From: Octopus sinensis
Lineage: Eukaryota
Direction of reading: 5' to 3'
Assembly (NCBI RefSeq): GCF_006345805.1
Contig: NC_042998.1
Coordinates: 58,528,001 to 58,592,000, forward strand
Length of the DNA stretch: 64,000 nucleotides
The notes below the pieces were generated by a model. The model was not told the origin of the DNA. It worked only from the letters and a program-made list of their open reading frames with translations, and did no database searches. Both the position numbers and the translations under genes were made by a program. Positions 1-10,625 of this stretch are shown piece by piece. Each line of letters starts with the position of its first letter. Position 1 is the stretch's first letter.

Positions 1-138
1 CTGAAATGAGAGTCCAGTCAAATGGTTACTATAACAGATGGGTAATACACATGGTATTCTGGCCATTTCCAACATTCTGGCAGATTTAACTTTTCTTTTT
101 ATTCCTCTGAGTTTCATAGAATAAATATCATCATCATT

Positions 139-170
<32 letters not shown>

Positions 171-910
171 TACCATTGCCATCATTATCATCAACATCAC
201 CTTATTTTGATCATTTAATGTTTCTTTCAACTTCTCGCACGGGCTGCACAGATTACTGTTGCTTTGTTTGATGGGTGATAGGACCACATCTCATACCTAA
301 GTTTCATTTCTGGATTAATTTCTACAGTTGAATGCCTTTCCTAACTAACACCAACCACATTACATCTTTTTTCAAAACACTAGAGAAATTGCTGTGTATG
401 TCACAAGACTCACTCATTTCCATTTTAAAAAGAGAACAGAACAGAAGCGAAACTGTGACGAATAGGAATAGCTGCAGATAGGTAAATGGTGAAAGATGTC
501 AATATCAAATGGCTTGAAGGAGAGTTTAGGTAAAAGCTATGGGGTGTATGCATATCCAGTAAGATTCCTTATGCTTGTTCTCCAAGACAGGTGAAAGAGG
601 AAGGAATGGGATGATCAATTAGGTAATTTACTGGTGTCAATTTAATTGACAACATCAATTTCTTGAAAGCAAAAAACAAAAAGAATATGTCCAATTGTTG
701 CAGAGTAATAAAGAGAGATAATTACGTAACTTTTTTCAATTAAATGTATTAATTACTAAATTTTTCAGTAGAATTCCCATCAATTGCAGAATTTTAGTTT
801 AATACTGCATCTATCATCATTATATAGACTGGGTTATTAAGAACTAATTACTAAATAGAAAATAAGTTAAGAATAAATAATATATAAACAAACATCTATA
901 AATTTTCACC

Positions 911-1076
911 ATAGGCGCAGAAGTGGCTGTGTGGTAAGTAGCTTGCTTACCAACCACATGGTTCCTGGTTCAGTCCCACTGCATGACACCTTGGGAAGGT
1001 GTCTTTTACTATAGTTTCGGGCTGACCAAAGACTTGCAAATGGATTTGGTAGAATGAAGCTGGAAGAAGCTCATCG

Positions 1077-1116
<40 letters not shown>
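911..1116 (+). mobile_element. 5' half of a tRNA-derived SINE (head to internal (TA)n), interrupted by the Penelope-like insertion
   Basis: Head ggcgcagaagtggctgtgtggtaag...ggttcagtccc (A/B-box-like) matches uninterrupted copies in this window (e.g. 39001-39398, 56890-57342, minus strand); it stops at the (TA)n tract. Confidence 0.8.
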
Positions 1117-1117
<1 letters not shown>

Positions 1118-1147
1118 GCGAGAAAGAAGCAACAAGAATGGATAGGT

Positions 1148-1238
1148 TTTTAGTACAATCGTTTCATACAAGGACAGGCTTTATTAAAAGTTGCAAAAAT
1201 TACAGCATATAAACGTGTCCCGTACTCATCAGCTAAAA
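1148..1238 (-). ncRNA. Type I hammerhead ribozyme (mirror copy)
   Basis: Exact reverse complement of 7428-7518. Confidence 0.8.
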
Positions 1239-2697
1239 TACATGTGAGTTCTCTAGACATCCTAGTGGTTGAGGCTATACTCATGAAGTAATGTAGATAA
1301 TTAAGTAACATAAACAGATTTCCAAAGTTCATTAAAGTTCTTTAAAGATGATGTACAGTCTTATCACAGAATTTTAAAAAAGTTTTAATAGCATCACAGA
1401 GAAGGTGACCTAATCCATAGTGCACATATGAATTTCCAGAGATATGAGGAGGGATTACATACTCACAGACGACAAATTTATCCATTGTTAATCACAACGA
1501 GGTGGGTCTCAATTCCTGCTTATTAGCATTACAGAGAGGGTGAATTAATCCTTTGTATAGATGCACAATTTCCAATGGTGTAGATGTAAATTTCCAGAGA
1601 AATGAAGAGGAATTTCATATTCACAGGCGATAAATTTATCAATGATTGAACACAATGAGGTAGGTATCAATTCTTGTTATATGATTAGGTATTTGCCACA
1701 TTAATCACATTACTGCTATTTACAAGAGGCTGTAGCTATTAACTTTTAAAGGCTGAAGGGCTTTCTAGAGATGCAAAGAACAGAAAAGGGAAGGGAAGAG
1801 AAGAAAAGAGAGAAAATAAAGGAGGAGGGAGCAAAAAGGGGGGGAGGGGGACTAAAAGAGAAGAGAAAAGGAAAAGAGAATAAGAAGAAGAAAAAAGAAA
1901 AAGAGAAAAGAGAAAGAAATAGGGAAAGAAGGGAAAAAAAGAAAAAGAAAAAAAGAGGGTTCTAGTTATACAGAAGAATTAGTAGACGGCAAGTCTGGTT
2001 TTAATTTACAGGCATCTAGGAACTAGAGGAGAATATTATTCTTTGACCAGTAAAACAGCTAATTTATTGCTGTTGAAATCAGCTATGAATTTAAAGAGAA
2101 TCTAAAGAGATAACACGATCAGGGGTTTAGGGGTCAGAGGCTAAAATCAAAAGAAAATACATTCGGAAAATCTAAGTATAATCTTATCAAAAAGTCATTA
2201 AAATTTATTTATTTAATTTATTCATTTTATTGTCTTAAGGAGTTGCCGTTATTATTCATACATTGACGGACTACAGGTCAAATCTTAGAAGATCATTTAC
2301 AAGGTGTTAGGGAATTGTCTATCATAATGAAGATAATCATATTATCACCGAGGGAGTAGCCTTATTTATTTAATTTTGAAATAGAATTATGGGGCTTTAG
2401 TAACTCATTTTATTTTATTAAAGTTATGCTACTTAAATTAGATTAAGTTAAGAATTAAAATTAAAAATTACAATTAAGATTTAAAATTAAGATTTAAAAT
2501 TATGAGTTTGAAATTAAATAAAGCCTCAATTAAGCAGCGTATAAGTACTATTCATTTCCCTGTTCTCAAAAAACTGATGCAGATATAAGGAAAAAGATAA
2601 CTGTAGTGTGAGAACTCTTAGTTATCTACTTAAAGCAGTGCTATACTAGTAAAAATCAAGTTATATCTATCTATCTATCTAGTTACGAATATTCTAA

Positions 2698-3762
2698 TCA
2701 TTTAAAATATTTTAAAGTCTTCAATTTAGCGTGGACACAAACTTGACCTAGTTCGATATGGTTATTCAATAAGTTTCTATGTTTTCTATGCTTTAGAATT
2801 TCATACGTCTCCATGGAGCATAGTTGGCAACCAACCCTACTATTTTTATACGGAATTGCTCTCCTAACTATTTCCCAATTAAGGTTATAATTATTGTTAT
2901 TATTTTTGAGTTCCCAGATTTTGTTTGAAAGTGTGGTGGTACCAGCTTTATGACGTAATTTAAAAGACGAGATGTGATTTCTAACTCTGGCTAGAAAATT
3001 AATTGTACATCCAATGTAAAAATATTTGTTATTCTCCGTGGATATGGTACATTTATAGATTACATTATTTTCCCCGCATAGACCAGGTGCCGGGCATTTT
3101 GATTTTATTCTACACTTACACACAGGAGGAACAACTTCAGGTTTTGGATTATTCTTGGGTAGATGTCTTAAGTTCCTATTATTTTGATTATCATGAGTAT
3201 AATTCTCCTTATTGTTATTAATATTTCTATAGTTGGTGCTGATATCTAAAGTATTGCTATTATTTATTGATCCTTCTGTTTCATCATTTAGGTCTAAAGT
3301 CCTACCATAATTTCTTATATTATTGGTAATGTTACTATTATTGTTAGTCTTTTTATCCGACTGCATATTGTTGTTATAGATATCTCTGATATTTTCATTC
3401 TCCTTATTTTCTCCATTAGCCTTATTTCTATTATTAACATTATTACTTCTATTAATATTGGCATTGTTATTATTACTATTAATGTTAATGTTATTAGTCC
3501 TTCTGTGGTTACTAATTTCACCCATGTTTTGATAGTTACTATTGCTGTTTTTATTGTTGGTAGTATTATTATAATTGCTATTGGTATTCATGCTGATATT
3601 ATTATTTTTATTTCTATCTTTCCTGGCTAGTTTAATGTTGTTATTATTAATCTTAGCTATTAAAGTGGACATATTTGGGAGGGTTGAATAAGAAATCCTA
3701 ACTGTTTTCCTAGAAATAATTCTATGATATCTATGAGAGATAGGGAAATTTTTTTCCAGCAT
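2698..3762 (-). CDS. PLE C-terminal region: linker + Asn-rich insert + GIY-YIG endonuclease (open 354 aa; part of the element polyprotein)
   Basis: VIYKC...YFYIGCT..F..RVRNH..SF (GIY-YIG), preceded by the CKCRIKSKCPAPGLC Cys cluster and followed by CQLC..E...H. Confidence 0.9.
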   Translation of the reverse strand: MLEKNFPISHRYHRIISRKTVRISYSTLPNMSTLIAKINNNNIKLARKDRNKNNNISMNTNSNYNNTTNNKNSNSNYQNMGEISNHRRTNNININSNNNNANINRSNNVNNRNKANGENKENENIRDIYNNNMQSDKKTNNNSNITNNIRNYGRTLDLNDETEGSINNSNTLDISTNYRNINNNKENYTHDNQNNRNLRHLPKNNPKPEVVPPVCKCRIKSKCPAPGLCGENNVIYKCTISTENNKYFYIGCTINFLARVRNHISSFKLRHKAGTTTLSNKIWELKNNNNNYNLNWEIVRRAIPYKNSRVGCQLCSMETYEILKHRKHRNLLNNHIELGQVCVHAKLKTLKYFK

Positions 3763-4154
3763 TACTTTGAATTTGTTCTGTATATCCGATTGTATCGCAC
3801 AGTTGAAAGGAATATTCAGCCATAAATATCTTTTTTATTAAATTTAGGGTTCGTAGAATTATTACTATTCATCTCACCGGAGTTATTGTATTTATTACCA
3901 TTATTTTTATTTTTATTTGTGTGCATCTTAGTTTATCTACTTCGATATTATCCGAGTTACCTATGTTCTGGTCAATGCTTCTATTTGAATTGTTGGCCTG
4001 TACGTTAGATTAGCGTTTACCGTTAATTTAATTCTACTTTTATTTCGGGCTTGGTCTGTATTGCTGCTTACGTGATTACTGATAACTTCTTTATTAGGAA
4101 TACGTGAGTTCTCCTTATCAACGAATGTAATCTTTTGGTTGTATCCAGCCTTAG

Positions 4155-4790
4155 TTAACGCCGCATTATAATGCTCAGAATGGGAGTTAAATATATCCTT
4201 ATTGGATGATATTTTGAAATTCTTAATGAAATATTTCTTACTAAAGATTCAATTATATTTGGGGGATGATTTGATAATTTATTTTCGTAATTCGTGATTT
4301 CGCCTTCCTTTCTAAATGGGTAATGCAGCTTGGAGTTAAGGTCTAGCGTAATATCTAGGAAATTAACTATTTTAGTGCCCGGTTCATACGTTATACTGAG
4401 GTTGAAATCCTTAAAGAACTTATTAATTTTCTTTCTAATCCTTTCTATAACAGATTTATTATTACTAGGGATAACAAACAGAGCATCATCCCTATATAGA
4501 CCACCCTGTATTTCTGGGATATCCTTGCTTATGCATTTTAATAGATATGCGCCTACTAGGTTGGTTACCTCAGCCGAATCACTGGAACCCATTGGTATAT
4601 CAAAATAATTAGGTGTATCTGCTCTAGTCCATAATTTATCTTCAAATTCTATAAATGTCTTCCTAGCTAGTAGCACAATATTGATTTCTTCTCTAGATAT
4701 GAGGGAGCGATTCATGGCAAATATTAGTGATTTGTTGAGTAAGGTAGGGAAAATACTAGAGTAATAACTATTAATATCGTACTTAGCCAA
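4155..4790 (-). pseudogene. PLE reverse transcriptase fragment (from the first catalytic Asp motif through the thumb), 5'-truncated
   Basis: YRDD catalytic motif, IPMGS, FLDITL. A one-base loss in the homopolymer at ~4212-4215 shifts the frame; restoring it gives ISKISSNKDIF..HYNAALTKAGY. Confidence 0.9.
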
Positions 4791-4911
4791 TAACTCCGGT
4801 GAGATGAATAGTAATAATTCTACGAACCCTAAATTTAATAAAAAAGATAATTATGGCTGAATATTCCTTTCAACTGTGCGATACAATCGGATATACAGAC
4901 AAATCAAAGTA

Positions 4912-5969
4912 ATGCTGGAAAAAAATTTCCCTATCTCTCATAGATCATAGAATTATTTCTAGGAAAACAGTTAGGATTTCTTATTCAACCCTCCCAATAT
5001 GTCCACTTTAATAGCTAAGATTATAATAACAACATTAAACTAGCCAGGAAAGATAGAAATAAAAATAATAATATCAGCATGAATACCAATAGCAATTATA
5101 ATAATACTACCAACAATAAAAACAGCAATAGTAACTATCAAAACATGGGTGAAATTAGTAACCACAGAAGGACTAATAACATTAACATTAATAGTAATAA
5201 TAACAATGCCAATATTAATAGAAGTAATAATGTTAATAATAGAAATAAGGCTAATGGAGAAAATAAGGAGAATGAAAATATCAGAGATATCTATAACAAC
5301 AATATGCAGTCGGATAAAAAGACTAACAATAATAGTAACATTACCAATAATAGAAATTATGGTAGGACTTTAGACCTAAATGATGAAACAGAAGGATCAA
5401 TAAATAATAGCAATACTTTAGATATCAGCACCAACTATAGAAATATTAATAACAATAAGGAGAATTATACTCATGATAATCAAAATAATAGGAACTTAAG
5501 ACATCTACCCAAGAATAATCCAAAACCTGAAGTTGTTCCGTCCTCGTGTGTAAGTGTAGAATAAAATCAAAATGCCCGGCACCTGGTCTATGCGGGGAAA
5601 ATAATGTAATCTATAATTGTACCATATCCACGGAGAATAACAAATATTTTTACATTGGATGTACAATTAATTTTCTAGCCAGAGTTAGAAATCACATCTC
5701 GTCTTTTAAATTACGTCATAAAGCTGGTACCACCACACTTTCAAACAAATCTGGGAACTCAAAAATAATAACAATAATTATAACCTTAATTGGGAAATAG
5801 TTAGGAGAGCAATTCCGTATAAAAATAGTAGGGTTGGTTGCCAACTATGCTCCATGGAGACGTATGAAATTCTAAAGCATAGAAAACATAGAAACTTATT
5901 GAATAACCATATCGAACTAGGTCAATTTGTGTCCACGCTAAATTGAAGACTTTAAAATATTTTAAATGA
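4912..5969 (+). pseudogene. Frameshifted copy of the linker/GIY-YIG ORF
   Basis: Same peptide as 2698-3762, split over ORFs 5079-5564 and 5546-5800 by small indels (real mutations or read errors). Confidence 0.85.
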
Positions 5970-6990
5970 TTAGAATATTCGTAACTAGATAGATAGATAG
6001 ATATAACTTGATTTTTACTAGTATAGCACTGCTTTAAGTAGATAACTAAGAGTTCTCACACTACAGTTATCTTTTTCCTTATATCTGCATCAGTTTTTTG
6101 AGAACAGGGAAATGAATAGTACTTATACGCTGCTTAATTGAGGCTTTATTTAATTTCAAACTCATAATTTTAAATCTTAATTTTAAATCTTAATTGTAAT
6201 TTTTAATTTTAATTCTTAACTTAATCTAATTTAAGTAGCATAACTTTAATAAAATAAAATGAGTTACTAAAGCCCCATAATTCTATTTCAAAATTAAATA
6301 AATAAGGCTACTCCCTCGGTATAATATGATTATCTTCATTATGATAGACAATTCCCTAACACCTTGTAAATGATCTTCTAAGATTTGACCTGTAGTCCGT
6401 CAATGTATGAATAATAACGGCAACTCCTTAAGACAATAAAATGAATAAATTAAATAAATAAATTTTAATGACTTTTTGATAAGATTATACTTAGATTTTC
6501 CGAATGTATTTTCTTTTGATTTTAGCCTCTGACCCCTAAACCCCTGATCGTGTTATCTCTCTTAGATTCTCTTTAATTCATAGCTGATTTCAACAGCAAT
6601 AAATTAGCTGTTTTACTGGTCAAAGAATAATATTCTCCTCTAGTTCCTAGATGCCTGTAAATTAAAACCAGACTTGCCGTCTACTAATTCTTCTGTATAA
6701 CTAGAACCCTCTTTTTTTCTTTTTCTTTTTTCCCTTCTTTCCCTATTTCTTTCTCTTTTCTCTTTTTTCTTTTTTCTTCTTCTTATTCTCTTTTTCCTTT
6801 TCTCTTCTCTTTTAGTCCCCCTCCCCCCCTTTTTGCTCCCTCCTCCTTTATTTTCTCTCTTTTCTTCTCTTCCCTTCCCTTTTCTGTTCTTTGCATCTCT
6901 AGAAAGCCCTTCAGCCTTTAAAAGTTAAATAGCTACAGCCTCTTGTAAATAGCAGTAATGTGATTAATGTGGCAAATACCTAATCATATA

Positions 6991-7281
6991 ACAAGAATTG
7001 ATACCTACCTCATTGTGTTCAATCATTGATAATTTATCGCCTGTGAATATGAAATTCCTCTTCATTTCTCTGGAAATTTACATCTACACCATTGGAATTG
7101 TGCATCTATACAAAGGATTAATTCACCCTCTCTGTAATGCTAATAAGCAGGAATTGAGACCCACCTCGTTGTGATTAACAATGGATAAATTTGTCGTCTG
7201 TGAGTATGTAATCCCTCCTCATATCTCTGGAAATTCATATGTGCACTATGGATTAGGTCACCTTCTCTGTGATGCTATTAA
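6991..7281 (+). repeat. Two diverged tandem units (~155 and ~135 bp) in the PLE 3' region (mirror at ~1385-1675)
   Basis: aagaattgatacctacctcattgtg...ctctgtaatgctaataa vs caggaattgagacccacctcgttgtg...ctctgtgatgctattaa. Confidence 0.75.
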
Positions 7282-7427
7282 AACTTTTTTAAAATTCTGT
7301 GATAAGACTGTACATCATCTTTAAAGAACTTTAATGAACTTTGGAAATCTGTTTATGTTACTTAATTATCTACATTACTTCATGAGTATAGCCTCAACCA
7401 CTAGGATGTCTAGAGAACTCACATGTA

Positions 7428-7518
7428 TTTTAGCTGATGAGTACGGGACACGTTTATATGCTGTAATTTTTGCAACTTTTAATAAAGCCTGTCCTTGTAT
7501 GAAACGATTGTACTAAAA
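7428..7518 (+). ncRNA. Type I hammerhead ribozyme of the PLE
   Basis: Stem I TTTTAG(7428-33)/CTAAAA(7513-18); core CTGATGA 7434-40; stem II GTAC-GGGACA/TGTCCT-T-GTAT; GAAA 7501-04; stem III AC-GATT-GT; predicted cleavage after GUA at A7512. Confidence 0.82.
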
Positions 7519-7664
7519 ACCTATCCATTCTTGTTGCTTCTTTCTCGCTTATAATCACCCCACATTACTGTATTGTTAAAACAGTATAGTTTTTGGTGCA
7601 TCTAAGTTAGGTACCATATTCAAGTAAATTCATTTAAATTAACTTGAATCTTTATTGCTTTTTG

Positions 7665-7872
7665 TATATATATATATATATGTATGTATGTATATGTGTG
7701 TGTGTATGTTTGTGTGTCTGTTTGTCTCCCTAGCATTGTTTGACAACCAATGCTGGTGTGTTTACATACCTGTAACTTAGCAGTTTGACAAAAGAAACCG
7801 ATAGAATAAGTACTAGGCTTACAAAATATAAGCTCTGGGGTCGATTTGCTCGACTATAAAGGTGGTGCTCCA
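7665..7872 (+). mobile_element. 3' half of the SINE that begins at 911
   Basis: (TA)n/(GT)n, then gtttgtgtgtctg...aataagtactaggcttac...ggggtcgatttgctcgact...ggtgctccag, the order seen in intact copies. Confidence 0.75.
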
Positions 7873-8209
7873 GGATTGTTATTTAACAATCTGTTAGGGT
7901 TTGCTCAAATCTTCTCTCCAAACCACCAATGATAGCAGCCAAAGACCACTGGTTAAAATATAAAAAAGTATGTGCCTCAGTACAAGCTTCTTGACCATGG
8001 ACTTAAAGTGACTGGATAAGAACTATATAAATCCTCTTGATACTGACCTGCCTCAGACAGCTCTTGTTCCTATACTGCAAACTTCTTGGTTCAAAGTGAT
8101 TTAAATAAAAATCTTTCATCAAAATTTCATATTGATTTATTTTATAAACACTAGCTTAATAATGTCAAAGCTATTTTACTAAATTCTTCGTTATTTTCAT
8201 AATTATTGA

Positions 8210-9065
8210 TACAAAGGTGAGATGTGGTGCGCAAGAGAGACGACTGTGCTGGTATGGTCATGTGGTGAGAATGGATGAGGATAGCTGTGTGAAAAAGTGC
8301 CACACCCTAGCGGTTGAGGGAACCTGTGGAAGAGGTAGACCCAGGAAGACCTGGGATGAAGTGGTGAAGCATGACCTTCGAACATTAGGCCTCACCGAGG
8401 CAATGACCAGTGACTGGGACCTTTGGAAATATGCTGTGCATGAGAAGACCCGGCAAGCCAAGTGAGACCATAACCTTGTGACCTATGCTAGGGGTGTAAC
8501 CAGCCCACTTATGCATACCTTTCCTTCATTGAACAATAAACTCTGCTTGTGAAGACCTGTTGAGGCAAGTGAAATCAAAATCTAAATCAAATTCGATGAC
8601 TGGCATCCATGATAGTGGAACGCTAAGAGTACCATCCAAGCATGATTGTTGCCAGAGTAGCAAACTGGCTTCCATGCCAGTGGCATGTAAAAAGCATCAT
8701 TTGAGTGTGATCGATACCAGCATCGCCTTACTGGCAGTTGTGCCAGTGACACATGAAAAAACATTTGAGCAAGGTTGTTGCCAATGTTACTGGAGTGGTT
8801 CCTGTGCAGGTGGCACATAAAAAACATCATTTGAACATGACCGTTGCCAGTACCGTCTGACTGGCTCTCATGCCAATGACACGTAAAAGCACCCACTACA
8901 CTCTTGGAGTGGTTAGCATTAGGAAGAGCATCCAGCTGTAGAAAGTCTTCCAGATCAGATTGGAGCCTGGTGCAGCCATCTGGCTCACCAGTCCTCAGTC
9001 AAATCATCCAACCTGTGCTAGCATGGAAAGCGGACGTTAAACGATGATGATGATGATGATGATGA
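8210..9065 (+). mobile_element. RTE-clade LINE 3' end (ORF2 C-terminus, repeat-containing 3' UTR, (GAT)n tail)
   Basis: ERRLCWYGHVVRM...GRGRPRKTWDEVVKHDL...W motif; tail gttaaacgatgatgatg. Confidence 0.85.
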
Positions 9066-9918
9066 AAGGTCATGTCTTTCAGTTTGGAATTTGGTAAGGA
9101 AAAAATTATTGAATTATCAGAGATGTACTATTTCAGAGTACATTGTCAGAGATGTACTATTTTCTATGTCTTTTAACTGCTTGTATCTATATCTGTTTTA
9201 TACTTTCTTCCATCTATGAGGTAGTTTAGTAGTTGATGCAACTGAATTTTGCTGCTCTTCCTACTATAGAGTACAGAGCAGTGAATGTTTTGTTCAGTTA
9301 GGTACACTGCATCAAACACTGTGTCTATAAGAAAAATAAGGTTTGACTTCACAACCATTTGCTCAGTAATCAAGTACATTAATTTCATAGTGTCATCATT
9401 ATAACTTAAATTTGTATTATTTCATATACATTTTCTAACACCAATTTACTACATGAATTTTGTGCATAATGCACACTACTGCACCTGTTGATCACCAAAC
9501 CTAAGAAACAGCTGTAAAGGATTGTCTGGATTCTTTTCTCATCTATCTATGATGTCAGAGTATGAACTCTCTAGGTGTCTTACCTATGTATGAGAACATC
9601 TGTAGACTTATTTCCTGTTTTTCTGCTTAATTATATTTATACACACATCTGGTTAACTAATTTATAAATACTTTGATGTCATTAATAACTACCTGTCTAA
9701 CTTATATTTTACTATATATATATAAATATATTCACACTTACATACAGACATGCATATGTATATATATATTTTAATTATGATAAAGGGTTAATTGCAACAA
9801 GTTGCTCAAAACCACATACCGAAAATAATCCTTACCAAATATGGTCATTTCCATACCGAAAAAACTACTATGTGAAGTTTATTAATTTTATTAAATTAAT
9901 CATATTTCACCCTTTATG

Positions 9919-9952
<34 letters not shown>

Positions 9953-9960
9953 ATATATAT

Positions 9961-10184
9961 ATTGCAGCGTGGAAGGTGTTTGAAAGCCATTTAAGAAACA
10001 CACAAAAGCCGTTCGATTCACTTCAACATTTAAGTTTAATTTGTCAAAATATTTTCGGCGCTTTAAGACCACGACCTGTTAAAGTGACGAAAATATTTTG
10101 ACAAATTAAACTTAAATGTTGAAGTGAATCGAACGGCTTTTGTGTGTTTCTTGAATGGCTTACAAACACCTTCCACGCTGCAAT
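9961..10184. repeat. ~224 bp fold-back (MITE-like) palindrome
   Basis: attgcagcgtggaaggtgtt...caaaatattttcg is reverse-complemented by cgaaaatattttg...aacaccttccacgctgcaat; next to (TA)n. Confidence 0.9.
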
Positions 10185-10516
10185 TGTTTTCATTTCAGCA
10201 CACAATCTCAGATCAAAGCACTTGCTATGCAAGGTCATCTCTGTAATATATATATATTAATTTTGTCTTATTGATTATTATTTTGATATTCGTATTTGTA
10301 CTTCATTGTGAATTATGCATATAGACTTCATTATTACAAATTGGTTTTCATTCCCTTATTCCCCAAAATCAGATAACTAGTGACACAGCTTATTTCCATA
10401 TTTAAATTTTAGTCAATTCATATTTCAGAATACCCTCTCCTGCTTTCCTTGACGGTTTAACTATGTATGTGTGTGTACTATAAATTTTCCTCATACAAAT
10501 AACATTTCTATGACAG

Positions 10517-10625
10517 GTTTGTACCCATTCTCGAACAAGCAGCATGATCTCTTCTGAAAGTGCTTCAATCAATTTTGAAGAGGATGATGATGAAGATGAT
10601 GACGAAGATGACGATGTTGCTGATG
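10517..10625 (+). CDS. PLCE1: Phospholipase C (epsilon-like) exon, acidic X-Y linker: VCTHSRTSSMISSESASINFEEDDDEDDDEDDDVAD
   Basis: AG acceptor at 10515-16; acidic run like the PLC-epsilon X-Y linker; a phase-1 GC donor (G|GCAAGT) is in frame with the exon at 42005. The assignment rests on frame continuity, as sequence similarity is weak. Confidence 0.62.

Larger units (their letters stand above)
1118..4790 (-). mobile_element. 5'-truncated Penelope-like element (Naiad-type): RT fragment, linker, GIY-YIG endonuclease, long 3' region with hammerhead
   Basis: Minus strand reads continuously, with a few frameshifts: YDINSYY / DIPMGSSDSAEVTNLVG / GLYRDDAL / NFLDITL / SNHP, then WLNIPF...KNFP..H....TVRISYS..PN, then CKCR..CP..G.C..NVIY...FYIGCT. 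The C-terminal EN, the C.CR..CP motif and LYRDD fit my recollection of the Naiad clade. Confidence 0.92.
4788..7548 (+). mobile_element. Inverted second copy of the 3' ~2.76 kb of the same Penelope-like element
   Basis: Reverse complement of 1118-3888 (junction caataactccggtgag at 4788 vs agttattg at 3888; outer end ttctttctcgc at 7548 vs gcgagaaagaa at 1118). Differences are mostly small indels. Confidence 0.93.

Noticed and set aside
1771-1965. Lys/Glu/Arg-rich ORF
   Set aside because: Antisense translation of the PLE polypyrimidine tract.
2562-2615. Hairpin containing CTGATGC as another hammerhead
   Set aside because: The core is CTGATGC, there is no GAAA after a stem II, and it is antisense to the element.
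5967-6500. Selenoprotein/SECIS, as reported for some Naiad elements
   Set aside because: No in-frame TGA in the EN ORF; read-through of the terminal TGA adds only four residues; no convincing SECIS seen.
1118-7548. Inverted repeat as a pure sequencing fold-back artefact
   Set aside because: The symmetry stops at the element 3' end with different flanks that rejoin a split SINE, and the loop is a coherent RT fragment. Read-level confirmation is still needed.
9217-9275. let-7-like TGAGGTAGT
   Set aside because: Similarity ends after 9 nt and there is no proper precursor hairpin.
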